Source: Patescibacteria group bacterium (GTDB taxonomy: Bacteria; Patescibacteriota; Minisyncoccia; JAHIHE01; JAGLIN01). Taken from it: DNA of 52,357 nucleotides. Below, piece by piece: positions 45,372 through 52,357 of the stretch. The translations under genes were made by a program, and so were the position numbers. The stretch spans positions 1-52,357 of the forward strand of contig JBAXYM010000004.1 in the NCBI GenBank assembly GCA_041670805.1, written 5' to 3'. The first letter of the stretch is position 1. Every line of letters begins with the position of its first letter. The notes below the pieces were generated by a model. The model did not search any database. It worked only from the letters and a program-made list of their open reading frames with translations, and was not told the DNA's origin.

Positions 45372-45580
45372 ATTTGTCATCTCGAAGGAGTACTCGACTG
45401 AGAGATCTGGGAAATGCACGAAGACTTCGTTGGTATTGTTTTTACAGTAAGATTATATTTACATAGTATTGTTCTTAAGATTTCTCAATCGGAGTACCTC
45501 ATTTCGAAATGACAAATATTGATTGTTTCTTTTAACGAGAGTACCTTCTCACAACGACAAGCTAAACGCGTAAGTCCTAA
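45372..45580. repeat. 209-bp direct repeat, copy 1 (contains an internal TGTCAT..ATGACA inverted repeat)
   Basis: About 85-90% identical by eye to 52045-52252. Internal arms TTGTCATCTCGAAGGAGTACTCGACTGAGAGA and TCTCAATCGGAGTACCTCATTTCGAAATGACAA. Confidence 0.8.
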
Positions 45581-45831
45581 AAATGTATCTTTCGCAAATT
45601 GTCCGGCATCGGAAATATGCATCGGCTTTTTCATTATTAGGCACGTCTTCCAGTAAGGGAAAATCGACTTTTTCCGTCACCAAAACGGCGCCGCTTCCAA
45701 CAAGACTGACAAGAAGACAAAGTGCGCCTGTGGATAAGATAGACCACATCTTTATTTGCAAACCAACGAAACGACCAAGATCTTGCTTATTTTAAATTAA
45801 TACTCTATCAATATCCTGTGGATAACTTCGT

Positions 45832-45859
45832 TTGACATGTAGCAGGTGCAAGGTATAAA
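45832..45859 (+). promoter_or_regulatory. candidate promoter far upstream of the secreted-protein genes
   Basis: TTGACA (45832-45837), 16 nt, TATAAA (45854-45859). About 340 nt upstream of the ATG at 46199. Confidence 0.3.
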
Positions 45860-46198
45860 ATGAAACTACAAACTAAAGTTATGACCTTTCTCCCTTTCTT
45901 TTTTTTCAAAAACAGCGAGTGACTACAAACTGCCGAGAAAAACCGAAATGACCGAAAGACCATAATTTTCGCAAATTAAAAAAATTTTGCACAGACCTCA
46001 GGAAAGCTACAACCACTTGACTTTAGTTTTTAAGTAAATTAATTTCGATTACGGTTGTTTTTTGTTTTTCAATAAAGGTCGAAGTTATTGATCTCGATTC
46101 TTGGCTGCAAACGCGGCTAAGGGTGAAAAATCGAAACCGATAACTAAAAAATCTTTAAAAAAATAATTTTGCTCAAAAGGCAAATTAAGGAGAAAAAT

Positions 46199-47329
46199 AT
46201 GAACATTAAAAAAATGAAAAGTTTTTGCGCCTCAGTTCTTGCCTTCGCCATGGCTTTTAATTTTTTCGTTCCCGCCATCGCGGGTGCGGCTGACACGGGG
46301 GCAACCAATTATCAAACCAGTCTAACCAGGGAATCGGCCGGAGGAGCCAACCCTGTTATCAAAGCCAAATGGGAAATGAACGCGACCAAAGATGACGGGG
46401 GCAAATATCTCGGTACCGATGACGCTGCCACCACCGGAGCCCAATTCATTCCCTCGGGAGTTTATGAAAACAACAAAAGAATCGCGGTTTGCGCGATTGT
46501 GACCGACCCGGACGGTGTTGCCGATATAAACAAAGTCACCGCAGATACTTTCTATCCGGAAGGAATAACCTTGGGTCCGAACCACCAAGCCGACAGGCAA
46601 GGTTGCGGTCAAACGATGGGCGAGTTCACCCTAAACAAACTTTCCAAAGCTGACGGCATTGACCTTTTCTGCAGCAAGGTAAGAACCGGTAATACCAATT
46701 TACCAACCTTCAACACCACGCCCGTGGCTTATGACTACGACGAAATCTGCGCCGCCGACGGAGAACTTACAAAGGAAACTGCTTACGTTTATTGCGGAGA
46801 AAAGGATCTTTCCTACGAAGACCCGTCCGGTGACTACAAAACCTTGGTGATGGCTCAAGACAAAGCCGGTCTGGACGGTACTTTGACCAACTACTTCAAA
46901 TACCTGCCTTTGACCGCTTTCGAAACTGACTTTTCCAAGGTCGTCTATGGCACTGTCAAATTGAACACTCACAAAATCATCAATGGGGATTTGACATGGG
47001 ATGCCGTTGTGGACTCCGGAAAAGCGTCGGTCCGTAATGTGGGCAATACCAGGCTTGCCATGAAAGTCACTCAAGACGACATGGGCTTTGGGCAAACCGA
47101 CACCACTTGGAATGTAAAGTATGACGGAAGAGTGGGCAGTGATGCGGTATTCAAAACCTATAATCCGAATACTCTCACTACGCTTAACGATCCGTTAAAT
47201 CTTTCCGAAACCGACGAGATGGATTTCTCAATTGATATCTCCAAGTTTCCGCCGACTCATACCGGCGCCAGTTATACGGGGAATATGACGCTTAGCGCCA
47301 CAAACGTAGCTCACTTGCCTTGCGTATAG
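46199..47329 (+). CDS. secreted protein, unknown function
   Basis: SD AAGGAG, 7 nt, ATG at 46199. Signal peptide MNIKKMKSFCASVLAFAMAFNFFVPAIAGA. Visibly more GC-rich than its neighbours. Confidence 0.7.
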   Translation: MNIKKMKSFCASVLAFAMAFNFFVPAIAGAADTGATNYQTSLTRESAGGANPVIKAKWEMNATKDDGGKYLGTDDAATTGAQFIPSGVYENNKRIAVCAIVTDPDGVADINKVTADTFYPEGITLGPNHQADRQGCGQTMGEFTLNKLSKADGIDLFCSKVRTGNTNLPTFNTTPVAYDYDEICAADGELTKETAYVYCGEKDLSYEDPSGDYKTLVMAQDKAGLDGTLTNYFKYLPLTAFETDFSKVVYGTVKLNTHKIINGDLTWDAVVDSGKASVRNVGNTRLAMKVTQDDMGFGQTDTTWNVKYDGRVGSDAVFKTYNPNTLTTLNDPLNLSETDEMDFSIDISKFPPTHTGASYTGNMTLSATNVAHLPCV

Positions 47330-47450
47330 TGGATTTCATCAGGCACTCTCTCCGAAAACGAGAGACGGGGAGACTTAGGTCTCCCCAAAAGTTTGCACCT
47401 GAAGATCAGCTTCGGATTCAGACTTTTGCCAATCATTTTAAGCGAAAAAT

Positions 47451-48407
47451 ATGAAAAAACCAAACGTAAAAATTCTTGCGTCTTTTGCGCTCACGGTTAT
47501 TTCTTTGCTGCTGCTCTCCTCGAATGCTTATGCCATCGGACAGATTACCGAGCCTATAGACATAAAGAACGCTCTTCGTGAAAAGACCTACAACGAAACG
47601 ATAACCGTGGTTAACACGGAAAGCACCGCGAGCACGATACAGCTTTCCGCAGAGGGAGATATCGCCGGCTGGGTAAGATTTTATAAAAACGCCAAAGACA
47701 TGGACAACATTACCGACATAGAAGTTCCAGCCAATTCCAGAATTGACGTTATCGCCAAATTTACCATACCGGCAGGAACTCCAAACGGCAGTTATCACGG
47801 CAATGTCGGCGTGTTCAAAAAAGCCGGAGACAGTATGAGCGACACGGAAGGCTCAAAAAGCTCATTGTCGCAAAAAATCGACCGTGAAATTACAGTGGAA
47901 GTTAATGACACAGAAAATATAATTTTTGACGCTTCCCTGATACCCGAAACTTACGACCTCAATCAAGGGCAATCGTTGAAAATCAGAGTTATCTATGACA
48001 ACCGCGGCAACGTGGAAATAAAGCCACAAATCGGTTTGAAAATCAAACAAAAAGAAAATGTCTTTTATAGTGCCATATTCCCCTATCCGGACAGCCAACC
48101 AGGGGTGAGCCCTTATTCCATTTTTGAAATACCCGCACTGGAGATTCCAACCTCCGGCTTGCAAAATGGAAAATACGAGGCCGCCTTCACAATAGCTGAG
48201 GGAAATAAATTTTCAATAAACAAAGACTTCACTTTCTCCGTCGGCATGGTAAAAGCCGCGAGCACTGCCGTCACCGCATCTTCAATACCCCTTTTGAGGA
48301 TATCCCGGATAATCATCGTTTTGATTACCGCCTTTATTCTATATTTAATTCTTCGTTCTGCAATCAAAAAGACTTTAAAAAGACGTGAAGAGGATTTGGA
48401 CATCTGA
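47451..48407 (+). CDS. secreted beta-rich protein with C-terminal TM anchor
   Basis: Signal peptide MKKPNVKILASFALTVISLLLLSSNAYA. Repeated beta-sandwich-like segments (..VPANSRIDVIAKFTIPAGTPNGSYHGNV..). C-terminal helix IIIVLITAFILYLIL followed by basic residues. Confidence 0.7.
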   Translation: MKKPNVKILASFALTVISLLLLSSNAYAIGQITEPIDIKNALREKTYNETITVVNTESTASTIQLSAEGDIAGWVRFYKNAKDMDNITDIEVPANSRIDVIAKFTIPAGTPNGSYHGNVGVFKKAGDSMSDTEGSKSSLSQKIDREITVEVNDTENIIFDASLIPETYDLNQGQSLKIRVIYDNRGNVEIKPQIGLKIKQKENVFYSAIFPYPDSQPGVSPYSIFEIPALEIPTSGLQNGKYEAAFTIAEGNKFSINKDFTFSVGMVKAASTAVTASSIPLLRISRIIIVLITAFILYLILRSAIKKTLKRREEDLDI

Positions 48408-48662
48408 CAAATCTTGATCGCGCTGCATACTTTCGGAATTAACTTTTCGCAAACGGCTTGAATAAAAACTAACGAGAAAATGCCGAATGGGGGGGGCTAT
48501 AGGTCACGCCAAATTCGGATTCTTGGTGTCTGTCATAAAACTATATTTTGCGTATGACCCCCAAAATGCGGCGTATATATTCGTTCTTTCCGCGTGGGAT
48601 AGCGGCGCAGGCTAAAGCCTGCTACTCCGTGCATAGTAAAAAGAACTAAAAACGGATTTTAT

Positions 48663-49055
48663 CTACCAAAAAAGTTGTATAGCCCTTGATGTATTTTTAT
48701 ATGTCCCAAAAATATCTATAGTAAGAGTATTTGCTCCTTCGTCCTTGGCGGACACTTTGGCCCTAACAGCACCTCCGAGAGAAGTGAACAAGTTGCCATC
48801 GATAGGAACGCTGCTCCCCACGCCCGGTGAATATTCTTCATTTTCAGACAAATAATAAAGAGCATTTTCCGTCCCCGTATCGGCAATATAATAGGCTTGC
48901 ACCGAGCTTACTACACTTGAAGAAACCTTGGCCTGTCTAAGGAGATTTTTTGAGATAAAAAGGCTGACAAATAAGACCAGAAACAACACCACGAAAATGA
49001 TGAACATAATCACCTGCCCGGAGTCTTTCTTTAAAAGTTTTGTTTCAATCTCCAT
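48663..49055 (-). CDS. PilX/GspK-like minor pilus protein (N-terminal TM, no classical prepilin motif)
   Basis: GQVIMFIIFVVLFLVLFVSLFIS helix. Last gene of the pilin operon. Confidence 0.45.
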   Translation of the reverse strand: MEIETKLLKKDSGQVIMFIIFVVLFLVLFVSLFISKNLLRQAKVSSSVVSSVQAYYIADTGTENALYYLSENEEYSPGVGSSVPIDGNLFTSLGGAVRAKVSAKDEGANTLTIDIFGTYKNTSRAIQLFW

Positions 49056-49068
49056 ATTCTGATTTTAT

Positions 49069-49599
49069 TTATTTTTTATTATACAGCCTCATCGCTACAC
49101 TCGTTTGCAAAACGGTGCTGACGCTTGGTTCTTTCACGGACTGCATCCTCATAGAAATGGTTATCAGAGGCTGAGCATCGGAGAAACTCTCCGAAGTGAA
49201 AAAATTCAAATCGGCAACCTTGACGCTCGAAGAATTTACCTGCTGCCATTCGCCATGATCTCGACGTACGGAGAAATTTTCCCCCGACTCGGCGTTGCTA
49301 CAATTACCATGCGAATTGGTAAAGCAATACTCAATAGGGTTTCCTTCATGATCTTCAAAAGTCAACTTGTAAGCACCGTCGAGATCCGCCTGGCTGTTAT
49401 TGATATCGGAAGCCATTCTTACTTCCCGGGAAATCAGTTCCATTAGATACGACCCTTCTCTTTCCACTGTCTGCATTTCCGCTATCCTTTTTTGATAATA
49501 AAAACCTTTTACAAAAGTATTCAAGACGGCAACAAGCAAAATAGAAAATATCGCCAGCGAAACCAGCATCTCGACCAGTGTAAATCCTTTATTTTTCAT
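49069..49599 (-). CDS. prepilin-type N-terminal cleavage/methylation domain protein (minor pilin, PilW/GspJ-like)
   Basis: MKNKGFTLVEMLVSLAIFSILL. Confidence 0.8.
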   Translation of the reverse strand: MKNKGFTLVEMLVSLAIFSILLVAVLNTFVKGFYYQKRIAEMQTVEREGSYLMELISREVRMASDINNSQADLDGAYKLTFEDHEGNPIEYCFTNSHGNCSNAESGENFSVRRDHGEWQQVNSSSVKVADLNFFTSESFSDAQPLITISMRMQSVKEPSVSTVLQTSVAMRLYNKK

Positions 49600-49604
49600 A
49601 AGCG

Positions 49605-50150
49605 CTACTCCTTATACCAATTATTAAAAAGATAAGAAACCACCTGTACCTTGCCGTTGTCATTCTCCCCGAAATACACCGTTGCCGTCACTTTTATCTG
49701 GTAATCTGCCGGTTTTGCTATGGAAATAACCCTCCTGAATTTGGTCTTTTCCCACGAAGCCGGATGCGCTCCGTTGGCCTGAACATAGACGCCGCTAACG
49801 AGAAATATCTGTTTATTGTCATTGTTCGCAGGCACTAATGCCCACCCCGACGGCAGGCTGAGAGGACTGACTTCAAGCAAACTTAGCGCCTGTTGTTCTC
49901 CGCTATTGATTCCGTTATCCCAATCGGTACCTATGAACCAATTGGTGTCCCTCTTTTGTTTAATAATTTCCACGCCCTCTTGCGCCAGATAAGCGGCGGT
50001 AATCCTGTCACGGCTGAGCATCTCCGCCCTGATATTGCTGGCAAACACAGCCATCACACCCACAAAAGCAAAAGAAATAATCCCAATTGAGATAATAACC
50101 TCCATTAAACTAAAACCTTTATCCTTTTTATTTTTTATCTTGAAAAGCAT
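49605..50150 (-). CDS. prepilin-type minor pilin (PilV/GspI-like)
   Basis: KDKGFSLMEVIISIGIISFAF. Confidence 0.75.
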   Translation of the reverse strand: MLFKIKNKKDKGFSLMEVIISIGIISFAFVGVMAVFASNIRAEMLSRDRITAAYLAQEGVEIIKQKRDTNWFIGTDWDNGINSGEQQALSLLEVSPLSLPSGWALVPANNDNKQIFLVSGVYVQANGAHPASWEKTKFRRVISIAKPADYQIKVTATVYFGENDNGKVQVVSYLFNNWYKE

Positions 50151-50159
50151 AGGTCACGA

Positions 50160-50687
50160 TTAACTGATAAATCCGGAGTTGTTTATTGTGATGGTCTCGC
50201 TCAGCCCGGCATTGTTGGTAAAAGTAATAACCAAAGTGATATCATCATCCAAATTATTTATATAGATCTTGCCATATGGAGGCTCGCTCACATAATTTAC
50301 AACATCCATATCATTTCCGTTCAAGGTCAGCCTGGAAATCGTTACATTTCCAACCAGCTTGACCGTCTCAAATAATTCATTTCCACCGCCATATGCATGA
50401 TCCGGATCCGCCCCTCCATCTCCGAAGATAATGTAAGAACTGCCTTTCCTAAACTGAACTCCGAACCCTCCGGTAGCGGATGTCCCGTCCAAAAGCTTCT
50501 TGGTTCCCAGAGTGTAATCCTGCGTATATCTCAAATCGGTAATTATTTGCGTCCTGGCGTAAGACATGGACTTTTTATTACGATAAGAAGCGTACCTTGG
50601 AACGATTATCACTGCCATAATCGCCATAATAAAGATTACGACCAAGAGTTCTATCAGAGTAAAACCTTTTTTGTTTTTATTTCTCAT
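50160..50687 (-). CDS. type IV pilin/pseudopilin (GspH/FimT-like)
   Basis: KKGFTLIELLVVIFIMAIMAV, the canonical G/FTLIE class III signal. Confidence 0.85.
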   Translation of the reverse strand: MRNKNKKGFTLIELLVVIFIMAIMAVIIVPRYASYRNKKSMSYARTQIITDLRYTQDYTLGTKKLLDGTSATGGFGVQFRKGSSYIIFGDGGADPDHAYGGGNELFETVKLVGNVTISRLTLNGNDMDVVNYVSEPPYGKIYINNLDDDITLVITFTNNAGLSETITINNSGFIS

Positions 50688-50692
50688 AGTTT

Positions 50693-51916
50693 TTACATAA
50701 ACTCTGTCATTTGATAAATCGGCATAATAATAGCGGCGACCAACAGACCCACTCCTCCTCCCAAAACCAGAATCAGTATAGGCTCAATAATCGCCGTCAA
50801 ACCGTCAACTGCAATATCAACTTCCTTTGTATAAAAATCCGCCACATCCTTCAAAGTCGAATCAATTTTTCCCGTCCTCTCTCCGATATTCAACATCTTG
50901 GAAATCATGGGCGAAACGTATTTATTGTTTTCAAAAGCATAGGCAATCGACCCCCCGACTTTCACATCTTCCACGCTTTCGAGAATTATTTTCTTATAGA
51001 CCATATTACCCGCCACGCTCGCTGAAATCTCCAGAGCGTTGACGATATTTACCCCGCTGCCGATAAGCATGGAGAGATTGTCGGCAAAACGCGCCAGATA
51101 ATATTTCTTAAAAAGCTCATTGAAAGGCGGAATGGAAAGGCACAAAACATCCACTTTTTCTTTTCCTGACGGCGTTTTGACATAACGTCTGACCACGACA
51201 AGGAAAAAAACAACCGCGAGCACGAAAAGTAAAAAGTGATTTACCAAAAAATTACTGACTGCTATCAAAATTTTGGTAGGCAAAGGAAGCTCCGTCGCAT
51301 TCTGCTCAAAGATGCCCACCAGCTGAGGAACGACAAAAATCATCATTGCAATGCCCACCCCGAGGAATCCCAGCATAATCACAGCCGGATAAAGCATGGC
51401 ATTCTTGACTTTTGCGGAAAGCAGATAGCTCTTCTCCACATAGTCCGCCAAATGCAAAAGAGCTTCCTGCATTTTACCTGAGACTTCTCCGGATCTCACG
51501 ATATTGATATAAAAATCCGAGAAGGTGTCCGGAAATCTGGATAGAGTGGCCGAAAACGCATAACCATCCTCAACCATATCTGCCATAGTGGCAATCTGGT
51601 CCTTGAAACGTTTATTGTCTTCCTGTTCGCATTGGATATGCAAAGACTCCACCAAAGAAACCCCGGAAGAAATGAGAATCGACAACTCCTTTGAAAACAT
51701 CACCAGTTTTTTAGGAGAAACCCTCCTGTGGAATTTATTGAAAATTCCCGACATGGAAAACTCATTAACTTTATCCAAGGACGTCAAAGTAAAATCGTAT
51801 TTCTGCATAATTTCCACGGCTTTCTCATGGCTATTTGCTTCAATAATTCCGGATTGTTCTTCCCCCTTTTTTCCGATGGCTTGATATTTAAATTTCATAT
51901 TAAATTCAGTAAACAT
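50693..51916 (-). CDS. pilC: type IV pilus/T2SS platform protein, GspF/PilC family
   Basis: Two GspF-type repeats, three TM segments. The N-terminus MKFKYQAIGKKGEEQSGIIEA suggests the true start is at 51898. Confidence 0.85.
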   Translation of the reverse strand: MFTEFNMKFKYQAIGKKGEEQSGIIEANSHEKAVEIMQKYDFTLTSLDKVNEFSMSGIFNKFHRRVSPKKLVMFSKELSILISSGVSLVESLHIQCEQEDNKRFKDQIATMADMVEDGYAFSATLSRFPDTFSDFYINIVRSGEVSGKMQEALLHLADYVEKSYLLSAKVKNAMLYPAVIMLGFLGVGIAMMIFVVPQLVGIFEQNATELPLPTKILIAVSNFLVNHFLLFVLAVVFFLVVVRRYVKTPSGKEKVDVLCLSIPPFNELFKKYYLARFADNLSMLIGSGVNIVNALEISASVAGNMVYKKIILESVEDVKVGGSIAYAFENNKYVSPMISKMLNIGERTGKIDSTLKDVADFYTKEVDIAVDGLTAIIEPILILVLGGGVGLLVAAIIMPIYQMTEFM

Positions 51917-52044
51917 TAATTAAATTGAGTTTTTTACACATAAGGCATCTAAATTAGGACTACGCGATCGATACTGTTTGTCATTGCGAGGAGCCGGTAC
52001 TCTGGGCGACGTGGCAATCCCGATACCGGAGCTTAACTAACCCT

Positions 52045-52252
52045 ATTTGTCGTCTCGAAGGAGTACTCGACTGAGAGATCCGAGAAATGCACGAAAACTT
52101 TGTTGTTATTGTTTTTACAGTAAGATTATATTTGCATAGCATTATTCCCGGATTTCTCAATCGGAGTACCTCATTTCGAAATGACAAATATTGATTGTTT
52201 CTTTTAACAGGAGCACCTTCTAGCAACAACAAGTTAAATGCGTAAGTTCTAT
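52045..52252. repeat. 209-bp direct repeat, copy 2
   Basis: ATTTGTCGTCTCGAAGGAGTACTCGACTGAGAGATCCGAGAAATGCACGAAAAC..GTAAGTTCT aligns with 45372-45580. Confidence 0.8.
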
Positions 52253-52357
52253 AAATAATATTTTCTCACTAAGAATGTCCCCAATGACGTTTTTTTTAAA
52301 ATTCAATGCCACGCGAACAGCCACAAATGTTATGCTCGACCAACTATTGTCCGTATG

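Overview
AT-rich bacterial chromosomal window made up almost entirely of accessory or mobile DNA. The gene content (many hypotheticals, type IV pilin set, tight gene packing) suggests a small-genome, possibly Patescibacteria/CPR-like organism, but that is only an inference.

Contents from left to right:
1. A PrimPol-SF2 helicase gene broken by a 1-nt indel.
2. A minus-strand type I R-M locus (HTH-fused hsdM, half-size hsdS, hsdR, YgjP-like peptidase). It carries six passenger genes: NYN, a small charged protein, a hypothetical, a TM protein and a trypsin-like protease translationally coupled to hsdS, and DinD.
3. A seven-gene radical-SAM/SPASM RiPP-like operon with a 33-aa candidate precursor that is absent from the ORF track.
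4. A divergent nucleotide-metabolism operon (Zn-ribbon protein, GTP cyclohydrolase II-like, PyrF-like, guanylate-kinase-like) converging on a short ThyA-like gene.
5. A capsid-less prophage/satellite-like module: S24 repressor, ParB-methyltransferase, second methyltransferase, TerS-like HTH protein, large serine recombinase.
6. An RloC-like AAA_13 ATPase next to a 1507-aa SF1 helicase/DUF559-like nuclease/Zn-finger giant.
7. A PIN-like/TM two-gene cassette and several small secreted or hypothetical genes.
8. A compact element with an HUH rolling-circle Rep and a second large serine recombinase abutting tRNA-Gln(CUG).
9. An IS200-type tnpA.
10. Two secreted proteins plus a type IV pilus minor-pilin/PilC cluster.

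Non-coding structure:
- A co-oriented repeat family (structured core plus covarying hairpin) lies at the borders between gene modules in the 13-39 kb part, giving that stretch a cassette-array look.
- A MITE-like element occurs twice (2.6 kb and 45.1 kb).
- 209-bp direct repeats flank the pilus block.
- Long dyad-symmetric regions precede both serine recombinase genes.

I saw no rRNA gene and no CRISPR array.

The best candidates for something undescribed are the module-boundary repeat/cassette organisation, the R-M-embedded protease/TM module, the triple-SPASM RiPP-like operon and the RloC-like + helicase-nuclease pair. All family assignments rest on motifs read by eye, not on database searches.
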